From: Proteromonas lacertae
Taxonomy: Eukaryota
DNA: 64,000 nucleotides
Direction of reading: 5' to 3'
NCBI GenBank assembly: GCA_002245135.1
Contig: NGBS01000875.1
Location: 186,001-250,000 of the forward strand
Positions 27,189 to 39,131 of the stretch are shown one piece after another. Position 1 is the stretch's first letter. Each line of letters starts with the position of its first letter. Below the pieces are notes generated by a model. The model saw only the letters and a list, made by a program, of their open reading frames with translations, did not search any database and was not told where the DNA came from. The translations under genes were made by a program, and so were the position numbers.

Positions 27189-28607
27189 TTATGTTTTTTG
27201 TTTCAATTTCATCTGTTGCTGATGTTGCAATGTTCTCATCTCCAATGAACATCGTTTATACTTTGATACATATCCTCCTGAGGATGTAGGAACAAGTCCA
27301 GGAACTGTAGGAACAATCTGGGTTGGTGTACAAATTGGACTACTTGTATTAGATAATGATATTGTCGTATTTGTTGTATTAGTGTTTGTACCAGTCCTAC
27401 TATTGATTGCAACAGTGAAATTATTATTCATATTTACAGTAGTGTTATTGGCATTAGTATCACTTACTGACCTTAATGATTGAGGATATTGAGCAACTTG
27501 TGATTTCTTATGGTTTAATAACAATATACTACTATTCTCTTCTTGTGTAAGTGGTGGTGGTAAAAGACATTGTTGTAATGGAGTTGTATTTAAGAAATTA
27601 CTATTTGTAGAGAGAGATGATAATGAATAATGATTATCACAACTATCACCTCCTCCATTTCCTATACTACTAATTTGTTTCGCTCTTAAACCATATTTAG
27701 AGGATTTATGACGATAACATAAATTACTTATTCCTGTACCAATACTGATTACTCCATTATGAGTGAGATTTTCAATCCTGAATTTGGATAAATAACTGTA
27801 ACAAACTTGATCTAAATGAATTCCTAATGATGTTGCTAAATCATGTGATTCTAATGAATAATCATAGAGATATTGATTGTAAGGTGCAAATAAATATTTC
27901 AAACAACATTGAGGTGGACAATTTCCATTGTGAGATTCACGGTAGGTTTTGATACTATCAAATTTGATGAATCTTTTCAGTATAATATTATATGTTTTCA
28001 TTGTGTAGAACATCACTCGATATTTCATAACTGATATTTTTAAACTCCTAAAAAACTTAGGATTTGATTTATCTAATTCAATAATTTGTGAATAAGTGAT
28101 ATGATCGTCTGTAGATCCTACTATTTTACTATATAAATAAGATATTTCACCAAGTGAGAATGTTACACCTGTCTGAGCACAGAATTGACAAAATTGTATA
28201 AATGTTAAAGGACGGGATGTAAAAAGTCTTGAGGCATATAATAATACTACGAATAAAATGAAATAATATACTCTTTAGCAAGTGTGAGAAAGGAATAAAA
28301 GATACTGTAGTAACTGTCCAGAAAAAATCACTAAAGGAAATTTCGTTTGAAAATCTTTCTAATACTAATCTCGTTAAATCATCACTAAAAGAAATGTAGT
28401 TCTGTATTGATCTTTTCGTTACTTTACCTCTAGAAATATATAAAATATTTTAATACTTTTTAGGTGACATTTTCTCGAATATATTGGATATTTGAAGCAG
28501 CTCATAGTTATTAACTAACAATGAATTATTACGAAAACAATAAACATACGATGATAATATTGAGCCATAAAAAGCCCATCTGTGTATAACAAATATTTCA
28601 TATTCAT
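27189..28607 (-). CDS. Dispersed divergent member of the EF-hand-like family arrayed at 55.8-64.0 kb; low-complexity S/N/T tail
   Basis: Spliced start MNMKYLLYTDGLFMAQYYH|LNNYELLQISNIFEKM has the same phase-1 intron before xNNYE as the array. Later IILKRF...PPQCCL...YLYDY...CYSY parallels IILNRF...PKESCL...PYHYDY...YGY. Confidence 0.7.
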
Positions 28608-28719
28608 TGTTTATAAAGTCATTTTTATTTTCTAGAAATTGTTATTCTGTATAACCGACTTCTCAAACCTATTCTCGAGCAAAACACAAATACAAATTAT
28701 TAAATTTAGAAATAAATAA

Positions 28720-30389
28720 TTAATTTATGGTGGTAGAATATAGTAGAGCCCCTTTCTCTAAATGGTCTTGTCGTATTAATCTGAATTTTGTATCGCTCCA
28801 AAGACAATCTAGTCCTTTTATCAAAATTAGAACTTCTATATTATCTTTTTCATTATTAATTTGAATTTCATCGTTTATCCATGATTCTATATCCTTTTCA
28901 ATTAGAACCCCTGGATCATCCAAACGAAACTCTTTAATAATATCTTCTAAGTTGCAATTCAAATACTCGCTATATGCTTGGCATTTTCTGTTCTTCCCCT
29001 TTAATTGCATACATATATTATTAATTAATCGATATTTATTTATGTCATACTTAGTCTTAGTTGTTGTATATATGTTCATATCATTTTGAACTTGACATTT
29101 TGTCAATTGACAACATAAATTCTTCAATTGTATAACATAAAATGTCTGATTAAGTATATGTGGCTTACAATTTGGACTATAGTAATTCTCATATATCACA
29201 GATATAGCTGGAGGAATAACTTCAATGTTTTGAGAAAATTCACATGATTCTAAAAGTATTTTAAATATATCTGAAGGTGAATCAAGTGAAATAACAAACA
29301 CTATTTTGTTCTTATTTCTATTAAACAATCTTTCACTTTTAGATTGATAGAATTCTATTATACTTTCTAAAGTTATTGGACTATTTTCTAGAAATTTCTT
29401 TTTGTATGATTCAATATGATATGAGTTTTTATAAAAACATATATTCATACTTCTACTATTTGATGATATATCAATTCCGATTGAATTTGTTAAATTATTT
29501 TGATTTTGGCTGTTTATATGAATTGGATTTTCATTTATCTGATTTAGTATATTCTCTATAATCTTGTAATTATCAATTATTTCATTGTTGAGAATATATG
29601 GATTGTTAATTGGATGATAATCATTTTGTTTTCTATAATATAAAATATATAAATAAAAATTAAAAACAATAAATTGCTTTATAAATATACAGTTTAACTG
29701 ATCCTGATAACTTACACAATGATTCATATTCTATTCATAATATATATTATCATAAATATTTACTCTGTAGTAGAGTTGTTTCAATTGATAAATCTTGATC
29801 TGTTATAAAATCTGATCTTTGAGACATTATCAAAGTTGATGTGAATGACTGAATTGGTTTTGTGTTTTTTATTTCTTCTATTCTATTCTCAATACTATTT
29901 ACTTTTTCCTCAACATTTCTAACTCTGTTTTCATATCTTTGATTTGTTTCTTCTACAACTGTTATTCTTTTATTTACTTGATTTATCCTATTCTCAAATT
30001 TTGCTTTAAGAGATTGGAATGGATTTATTCAATACACCAACTGTATCTACAACAGTTTTTATTTCATTATCACTTTGTATTGTTTGATTAATCTGATTAG
30101 TGCTTTCTAATTTATCTAATCTTTTTGATAAAATATTTAGCGAGTCTATTATATTCTGATATTGACTTTGTAATATATTGAATTGTTTTTCTAACAAAGA
30201 AATTTTACTAACTTCATTTTGTTTATCTATATTTGCTTTTTGATTATTTTCAATATCAGCTAACCTCTTTTCTATACTTGTATACATTAAAGTACATTCT
30301 TATACCAAATTTCTCTACATATGGATCTATTGGGCTTTCTATTTTTATTATATAGCAATAAAAATACCTTTACCATGGCAATCTCCCAT
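28720..30389 (-). CDS. Coiled-coil + degenerate Hsp70/actin-like ATPase-fold protein
   Basis: Spliced start MGDCHGKE and a coiled-coil N-half. C-half has SIGIDIS, KIVFVIS, IEVIPPAISVIY, FYVIQL, IEVLILIKG and DHLEKGALLYS in Hsp70 motif order. Confidence 0.5.
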
Positions 30390-30492
30390 AATTGATTTTT
30401 AAATCTTTCTATTTTCAAATAAAATAAAAAAACAGAAACGGATATATTATTTGACCGTTACTGTAGTTTATTGTTATTTTTCTCAATAAAGG

Positions 30493-32231
30493 ATGTATAC
30501 ATTTGATGAGTTTCTCAAAGATTGTTTTAATAACCCTTTGGCTGCTTCTAATTTAAAAGTTAAGATTAAAACAAGATCTAAGGTTTTGGATTTGAAAGCT
30601 ATTGGTATAGATTATAAACAAGTAAATGACATATGGAACGCTATAGCTAAATTTGTTATGAAAAACCTTGAAAATGGAAAGGTATGTCATTTTGATAATG
30701 TAATAATAATAGGGTGTTGATATTCCTAATTTTGGCAAGTTTTCTATAGATAAAAAGACAGGTAAACACTGTTTTACATTTTCTACAAAATTCAAAATGG
30801 AACATCACTTTGAGTGTAATTCAAAACCATTTCAAGCAGAAGAAGCTTCAGTAGAAAGTAATAATGGGACAATAGCTTTATATGCAAAAGTTGACAGAGA
30901 TGTTATGAAGATTGTAGTAAATCACATGTTCTCAGTATTAGGAGAAGCATTTAATCAACAAGAGTTTGTAGAAATATCATTTGGTGAAATAGGCACATTT
31001 ATTAGTCGAAATAAACTTGCTGGTTTTCGTTATTTTTATTTACCTCAAGCTGCTGGAATTGAGATAATTGAAGCAGGAGGAGGCAATCCAACTTATATGA
31101 TGGAACCACCTCCAGATGCATTAACATTACATGTATATATATATATATATTATTATTTATTTATTAATTAATTAGTTGGATGGTGAATCTAAACAAATCA
31201 ATCACATTTCAAGTCCAAGATCTGCAAATTATGCTGGTTCAATGATGGTAAAAGAAAGACCACAATCAACAGCAACTTCATCAACCTATTCAGCATCAAG
31301 ACCATCAACTACAGCAACTACAACTACAGTTACAACTCAAAATTCAAGACCAGAAACACTCAATAATATAGTTACAGATACAGTTCCAATAAAAGAAGAA
31401 ACACAACAATTAGAAAAAACTGATACTTTACCACCACTTGATATTAATTTGAACGGACCATCTTATATGAAAATGACTGAAGAAAGAAAAGCACAAACTA
31501 TTACAAATCAATCATCAATTAGTTATACACCAACTAAACAATTAATTCTAGTATAATAATAATAATTATTATATTTTATATAGTTGCAAACTTCTCCAAT
31601 TTTACCATTTTTTGCTATTCCACAAACAGGAGCTGGTGCATTTCGTCGTGTAAATAAAGAAGCATATGATAAGACATTAGACAAAGCATTCAAACGATTT
31701 GAAAATGAAATACATCGAAATGAAGAAAGAAAGAAAAGAGAAGATTATGAAATAGAAATGAGATTAAATAGAGGTTATGAATTAGCAGATGAGCAAAGAA
31801 GAGAAAGAGAAGAGACTTCAGCATTGCAAGACCAGTTTTTACAACAACAAATGAAATTAAAAGTCTTACAAGCAAAGAAAGAAAGAGAAACAGAAAAAAT
31901 ACAAGATCCACCTTTTGATTATGATAGTTTAATAGAAGCAGAAACTGAATATAAACAAATGCAACAAAATAAATTCCGTAGAGGAATTGAAGAACAAATG
32001 AGAGATAATAGAAATAGAAAACAAAGACAGAAGAAGAAGGAGTTGGATGAAGAAGATAGAGTGATTGAGACAATTACTAGAAGAATGAGAGAAGAACAAG
32101 AGCAAAGAAAATTAGCAAAATATCAAACCAAAGTGCAATTGAGAAATGCTTGGTCAAGACAGAAACAATTGAATGACTTATCAAGGGAATTTCAGAAGAG
32201 TAATTTAGGTTTATTACCAACTGCACATTAG
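30493..32231 (+). CDS. CCDC81: CCDC81-like protein (HU-like domains + C-terminal coiled coil)
   Basis: IWNAIAKFVMKNLENGK|GVDIPNFGKFS; second HU-like segment VEISFGEIGTF; charged coiled-coil C-terminus; 3 introns. Confidence 0.72.
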
Positions 32232-32316
32232 ATATTAAATAATAATAATGTTATTTATATAGTACATTTATTTTATGTAGAATATTTTTCATTTTCAAAA
32301 TAAAATATCAAGCTAT

Positions 32317-33741
32317 TTGCTTGATGCAAAAAAATTTGCTATTAGTTTGTATGTTAATAGGAGCAGTATTTGGGTGATGATATATTTGATTATAGCTATA
32401 ATGGTCATTAATGTCTTAATTGTTGTTGTTAATTTACTCAGAGTTAATGTCCTGTCTTTTAGTCTTTTTGCTATAAAAGAAACAAATGTTACACAAAGAT
32501 ATAGATGCATTTTTGTTGTAAATGAAATTTTTATAGATAAAATTGAGACTATCGCTAATTATCTAAATAACAATACTATCAAATCATGCACATCATTATA
32601 TGTTCTAATTCCAGCTATAGGAGATGTAAAGGAAGATTTAAATAAAAATAATTTACACATTATTAGATATATCTACCCAAATCCTTTAGAATATGCTTTA
32701 CTAATGCCAATGTATTTAGAGGTGGATGAATGTGCGATAATTAATATAAAACATTGTTATTTGGAAAAATTTGATCTTGATATTAACTATTTCTTTTCGA
32801 ATGTTAGTAGAGTAAAGAGTTTTACTACAGATATAGTTGATACTTATATAATACAGACAAAGCATATTAGATATGTTTGCTTATATAGAGGGCCATTGCA
32901 TTTTAGACAAAATTTAAATTTGATATTAAAAGAGCCATATTCATTTTCATTCTATTACAGTCAATATCCTATAGATAAAAGTATAGATTACAGTTCATGT
33001 ATAAAAGGTAATATTAACAATAATGAAATAAGCGTAGTTCAAAGATTAAGAAGAAGAGATAATATGAATACATCAATTGAATCATATTTGAAATATGATA
33101 ATTTCACAACACTTGTCTTAGCTCAAAATGAACAATATATGGATTTTAGATGGGTATTTTCAAATACCGCCTACAATAGTAGTATTACAATATATTTATT
33201 TTGGTGCACGAATTGGAATAGTGTGTTTTATTTATTTCGTTTAATTCCGCTTTTATTAAATACAGAGTTTACTGTAATGATGGATGATGATTTTACAATA
33301 AAACCAGAATTTGTGTGGTTGGGAAAACGTTTGGCTCGAAATAAGAGAATTATTATATCTCCACTAGGATGGCAACCATATAATTCAAGTAAGTATATAA
33401 TTGGGAATGTAACATATCATTTATCATTCTCAGATACTATATACAGTGGTCAGATTATGAAAAGTGAATGGTTTGTATATGTTTATAGAATGAAAATACC
33501 TTTTAAGTTATGGGGAGATGAAATTAGCACTGCTTTATCAGCTAAAATAATATGTGGAAATAGATTAGCTATAGTTAGTGGATATTTAAGATTTTTACCA
33601 CAAATTTTTGCATTTGCTAAAACAAATAGAACAAATTACAGGAGAGGACCTAAATTTATCTATCCATTTATGAATAGATGTAAAAATTTCGCAAATAATT
33701 CAAAAATAATAAGAGAATGTTTTTTTAAATTGCCTAGTTAA
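32317..33741 (+). CDS. Intronless type II membrane protein, putative GT-A glycosyltransferase (first in-frame ATG ~32377)
   Basis: N-terminal TM (IYLIIAIMVINVLIVVV), then CTNWNSVFYLFR...TEFTVMMDDD (DxD-type) and WGDEISTALSAK. Confidence 0.55.
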   Translation: MLDAKKFAISLYVNRSSIWVMIYLIIAIMVINVLIVVVNLLRVNVLSFSLFAIKETNVTQRYRCIFVVNEIFIDKIETIANYLNNNTIKSCTSLYVLIPAIGDVKEDLNKNNLHIIRYIYPNPLEYALLMPMYLEVDECAIINIKHCYLEKFDLDINYFFSNVSRVKSFTTDIVDTYIIQTKHIRYVCLYRGPLHFRQNLNLILKEPYSFSFYYSQYPIDKSIDYSSCIKGNINNNEISVVQRLRRRDNMNTSIESYLKYDNFTTLVLAQNEQYMDFRWVFSNTAYNSSITIYLFWCTNWNSVFYLFRLIPLLLNTEFTVMMDDDFTIKPEFVWLGKRLARNKRIIISPLGWQPYNSSKYIIGNVTYHLSFSDTIYSGQIMKSEWFVYVYRMKIPFKLWGDEISTALSAKIICGNRLAIVSGYLRFLPQIFAFAKTNRTNYRRGPKFIYPFMNRCKNFANNSKIIRECFFKLPS

Positions 33742-33917
33742 ATAGTTTTTCTATAATTATAGTCATTTATAGTATGTAATGAAATTTTTTATAATATTTT
33801 GTAAATTCTTTCATCGCATATGAATTGCATAGATTGTGTTTGTGTAACTTCGAGTATTTTAGAGAATTAAAATAGTTAAACGACTCAATATTTTGAAACA
33901 TCAAACAAGTTTGAATT

Positions 33918-34090
33918 ATGTTTTGCTTTTTATCTTTTGTAGTTAATATGATATAATCGATATTACTATCTCATTCTATAGTATTTGACTTGAGTTGTTA
34001 TTTTAGATAGAATAAAGAGTGTATGAGAAGAATAATCACTTACATTTGGTTTATACAATATCAAAATGGATGTTTCAACAAATTGAAATC
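33918..34090 (+). pseudogene. 5' relic of the pseudokinase-LRR family
   Basis: MFCFLSFVVNMI*SILLSHSI, then a GT-AG intron at 33981-34006 in the same position as intron 1 of copy 1, then IE*RVYEKNNHLHLV. Upstream tcaaacaagtttgaattATG resembles copy 1 tcaaacgtgtttgaaaATG. Confidence 0.65.
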
Positions 34091-34175
34091 TAAAAACTGA
34101 TTAATAAATAGATGAAATGATGTAATAGAGATGAAAAAAAGAAAATGAAATTTTGAAACGACTATATCTTCAAAA

Positions 34176-37140
34176 ATGTCTTTTTCATTTCAAATTCACG
34201 ATATAGAAGAAATATTAAAGTGTAAATCGCCGAATTTAGAAGTATTTATGATATATTTATTGATTAGATAAAGGAAAGAGATAAAAAGAGTGTTAGTGAA
34301 ATAGATTTAGTTGTAAAACAAAAAAATGATGTTAAAATGTTAAAAATCCTCAATATAGATGGAATTAAAAGGAAAAATAGTATTTAAAATGATAGAGAAT
34401 AACTCTTTGCTGTTAGATTGTTGTTCATTTTACACAAATCCCTCTCAAATAGAGCTAATCGGGGATAATATGATGGTATATGAGAGAGACTATTACCTAA
34501 GAGACTTAGAAGAGATAATTCATAGTAAATCGTTGTTAAGTGATGATATTTGTAATATATTAAGTAGAATAAGTGATTTATTGATGTTATTGAGTGAATA
34601 TGATATAGTGATTGGTAATTTGAAGAGTTCTAATATTATATGTGAAAAAGATGGTAGAATAAAGATATGTGATATAGGTTTAGAATCATTAAGAAAAGAT
34701 AAAAATTTGAGAGTGTATGATGTTTGTTTCAAAAGCCCAGAACAGTTGTTGGGATTAGAATGTAATGAAAGAAGTGTGATTTGGTCAATTGGATGTATAT
34801 TATATGAAATGATAAATAAGAAATTACCATTCAATGAAGATAATAATATCATGAAAGCAATGAATAATATATTGAGATGTAAATACAATTTTGATGTAGA
34901 ATGTGATGATAATATGAAAGCGATGATAGAAAAAATGTTGAAAGTGAAAAATGAAGATAAATTGAGTTTAAAAGAGTTGAAGAAAGAAATGATAAAGATG
35001 AGTGAAATGGTGAAAGATAGAGATAATTTGTTAATGATGATTAAAGAAAGAAAAAAGATGTTAAAGAATAATGATGATAGTATAGTTAAAGTTCCAATAT
35101 ACCCATTGAAATATTATCTCCAATATAATAAAAGGGAAAGTATATATAATACAAATGTTCATACTTTTATAAACTTATACAATAAAAAAACTAATGAAAG
35201 AATATTAAAAATATTATTGATGATGAAATTAGATAGATCTGACGATTCAATACAGAATAAATTGAAATATCAAATAAAACATCAACATATAGAAAATGGT
35301 AAAATATATTATTTAGATAAAATGATGTTTAATGTTAAAACTGGTATCATTTGCAATGAAAATATCATAGTTAACTCTAAATGTTTTTGTTTTTGTGAAG
35401 AAGGACTGAAGTATTTCTTCAGATTATTAAAAGTAATCAAACCAGCATATTGTAAGAAAATTTACATTAAAAACAACAAAAATATTCATTCACAAGTATT
35501 AAAATCCTTTTTCTCTTACTATCCAATCTCCCAAATAGAATTTGATTTTAACAGAAGTAAAGAATTATTGATTGATAAAGATATTCCTGAATTAATCAAA
35601 TACATCAAAAAGAAAAGAGAACATTATAATTATGATTGGAGTTATTATTATGTATTAGATCTGAGTAACTGCAATATTGATGATGATATTTTCCAATCCT
35701 TCATCTCTTTAAGATTGAAAGAATTGGGAGATATAAAGAAGTTGGATCTAAGAAGTATAATTAGACATTTCTTATTGTTTAGATAATAAACTCACTTATA
35801 AAAGTATTGAATTACTGATTAACCATTTATCCTCATTTTGGAGTCTTAGAAAACTAAAATTAGATGGAAATGAAATAGGAGATGAAGGAATGAAAATATT
35901 ATCTTCACATTTAGATTTATTGACATATAATGATGAAGGTTATAAATATGTATATTGTGCAAGTATATTTAATGTTATTTATTATATTATTAGAAATGGG
36001 ATTATCTTCAACTGGATTAAAATATTTACTTGATAGTATAAAGACAATCTGTTTAAGAAGAAAGATTTCCTATGTTGATATAAGTAATAATAATATAGAT
36101 TCATCTGGAATGGAGTGTTTAGTGGATTATATCAAAGAAAATAATAATATAGAAAGAATAAATGTTTGTAGTATAGATGCATTTATTCATTATTTGTTAT
36201 ATAGATAATCCAATTGGTAATGAAGGATTTAAACTATTGATAAAAAATAAAAAATATTTGCATATATTTGATATGAATTTCAGCAATTGCTCAATCGATG
36301 ATGAAAGTGTAATTTGGCTAACAAATGAAATGTTGTACAATAGTTCAATAAATCTAAATGGAAATAATATTCATATGAAAGGATTAAAATCAATTTGTTC
36401 AGAATCATCAAAATGTCATGCGAATATGAAATGTTCTTCATGGACAAATGAAGAAGTCGAATGTTATTTGAATTATAGTTTAAAATACAATAGTAATATA
36501 TATTTTTATAGAAGTAATTTTTCAAGTATAAATCTACTTTCTATTGAAATAGATATGAATATCAATGATTCTCACATTCCATTGATTAAGAAAAGGAATT
36601 ATGAATTACTTGATATATCAAATAATAAAATTACTTCTAAAGGATTAAAAGAATTAGTAGTTTCCTTATCAAAAAGAATGGAACGTTTTATTATAAACAA
36701 TAATCCAATAGGAGATGATGGAGTAGAGATAATATGCAAATATTTAGATATAATTCTCAAGCAAGAATTTGCACTACTATTATTATCATTTAAATCTTTC
36801 AAGTATTACATTAATGTTATTATTCTTCGAATAGGCATTGGAATGAGTGAAAAAGGATTAAAAATATTAATAGAAAGATTAAAAAACAATAATAAAATAT
36901 TAAAAGAGATAAAATTGTCAGGAAATATATTTGGTGAAAAAGAATTAAGATTAATGAGAGAAAATGAAAAAATATTCTATAAACTAGATGATTTATCAAT
37001 CACAGTGAAAGAAAATATAGATAGAAATGAATTAAAGATATTTTTAGATACATTTTCATCGATTGGATTGATAAAACTAAATGGAATTTCTGCAAGAAGA
37101 AAAGAAAGAATTATCAAAAGAATTTTGGAATATTGAATAA
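34176..37140 (+). CDS. Pseudokinase + RI-like LRR protein, copy 3 (internal LRR block deleted)
   Basis: ATG 34176 MSFSFQIH; VIGNLKSSN, CDIG, FKSPEQ, SVIWSIGCILYEM; LRRs. 1-nt insertions at ~34375 and ~37094; corrected end KKELSKEFWNIE* matches copy 2. Confidence 0.83.
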
Positions 37141-37208
37141 TTAATATTGATTACATAAATCTAAAAGAAAAGAGATAATTAACAATAATAACATATTCTA
37201 ATTCTATT

Positions 37209-38699
37209 TTAAGAGAATTCTTTTTCAAATGCATCAACACTTTGCCAAGTTCGATTCTTTCTCAATCCATTAATTACATAAGCAACAATTGGAGCTATTG
37301 ATAATACTTCAAATGGTTTTTGATTCTTTAATATATCAGTTGTAGTAGGAATTGTATTGGAAATCCAAAAATGTTCTAATAAATCATTATTAATGAATTT
37401 CTTCCACGATTGTTGAGGAAATACAGCATGAGTACAATAAGCACTAACAGCACGAGCTCCACCACTTTTACAGGCTTTAATACACTCCATAATTGTACCT
37501 CCAGTTTGGATTAAATCATCCACGATTATACAATATCTATCTTTTACTTGACCTTCTGTTATATGAATGATTCTTTCATCACCATCTCTTGTTTTACTAC
37601 ATACAACAAATGGATATTCAGGAAACTATATATATTCATAATTATATTGCTATATATTATATATACTTTTGAATAGAATCTTTTTTTTGCACCATCATCA
37701 GGAAATACGATAGTAACTTGGAAATAATTAAAGAAACAAAAATAAATATATAAAATGATATTCTTTTCAACGATTCTTCTGGCAATTGTTGAATTCTATT
37801 TCTCAATAAATAGATACAACTCTTTAATCTGATTTTTACATTATCACTAAAATAAAATTGCTCCTGTAAGGCATGAATATCAAAGATACATAATTGAGTT
37901 GGTCCTTCACAGGCATATGGTATTATAGAGAATATCCTTGCTAATGTTGAAGCTGTTGCTATTTGTCCTAATTTTTCTACCCTTTCCATTGTTCCTGTTG
38001 CAAAAAATGGTAATACGACAATCATCGTTTTTGCCAAGTAATTCGGTAAAGCATATAATACTGATAATTGACTATATAATAAATTATAATTAATTTAATA
38101 CTCAAATATTCTATCAGTACTATTGCAAGATGCTAAAAATGCAACATTCATATTCTTCAGATTTTCTACATCTTCTATATATATTTTTGGAGTACCATCT
38201 GGGAAAGTATCCCAACGGATTTTACCTAATTTGATCTTACCGCCTGACAAAGATTCTGCTTCATGAGCAACTTCTTCCATATCTTTGGCATAAAACAATG
38301 TGATTTTTGCCTTTGTTTTTTTGTGAGAAATAGATTGCTCTAAATCTATCATAAGATAGTATTCTAGGGATTTCATTCTTTTCTTTTGGCAAAGATCTAC
38401 TTCTTTGTCTGCTTGCTTCACTGAAACGAGGGCTTAACATATATTGTGGACTTAAATCAGAATAAGATGGAGGAGACTGTATAAAATCGAGATTTGCTTC
38501 TAATTCTTTTATATCTTGAGTTTTCTATAGTCTCATAGCGACAAAAATATACTCTATATGCATGGAATATGCCGAGAGTAGGTACATCTTTTTCTAATAT
38601 GAATCTCTTGATAAGATTGTAGTTTCGAATAAAAAACTGGTTGTTCGCATTTTTTAACTCTAAAAGAGCAGAAAGAGAGTATCCAATTATTTCGTCCAT
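37209..38699 (-). CDS. Ribose-phosphate pyrophosphokinase, class II (plant PRS3/4-like), with N-terminal extension
   Basis: WDTFPDGTP, VVLPFFATGTMERVE, FDIHALQEQFYFSD, FPDDGAKKRF, VDDLIQTGGT, SAYCTHAVFP. The N-terminal extension from ATG 38699 is joined via an intron and one probable indel, so the start is less certain. Confidence 0.9.
37718..37761 (-). other. Candidate U12-type intron with non-canonical ends (AT-AA, or AT-AG if a base is missing), 44 nt
   Basis: Minus strand: AAA AGA|ATATCATTTTATATATTTATTTTTGTTTCTTTAATTATTTCCAA|GTT ACT ATC GTA TTT CCT GAT. No GT donor gives the right frame, and the branch motif TTCTTTAAT is identical to that of the La intron. Confidence 0.7.
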
Positions 38700-39131
38700 G
38701 TTTGCTTAACAAGATATAAAACAATGTTTGATTAAAAGCTTGACAAGACTTTTTTCTGTTTTACATTTGTTATGTTTATTTAATATACAATTGTTGATAA
38801 TATATAACAAAAACCCGATGTATATCAATTTATCCACCTGACATAAATTTAAATCCTGTTGTTGTATTCATCAGAAATAATCAACTTAACGGCAATATAA
38901 AGTATAAAGAATATTGTTAATCAGTGCATGAAATAGGATAAAAGTGTCAGGAATAATATACACAAAAAAGTTCTCAAAATCTTCGTAGAAAGCTGTCCAA
39001 AATAATGTAAGAATAAGTTGAAACGACCTGAGAACATGTTTGAAGGGATGCAAACTTGCGAAGTCCATCACAAAAGAATATTATTCGCTCAAAAATTTAG
39101 GAAGGTTTAAAAGAAGATCACCTACTAAAAA

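Noticed and set aside
38886..39071. 61-aa ORF between PRS and MAPK
   Set aside because: No recognisable motif or splice structure; the region may instead hold the MAPK 5' end.
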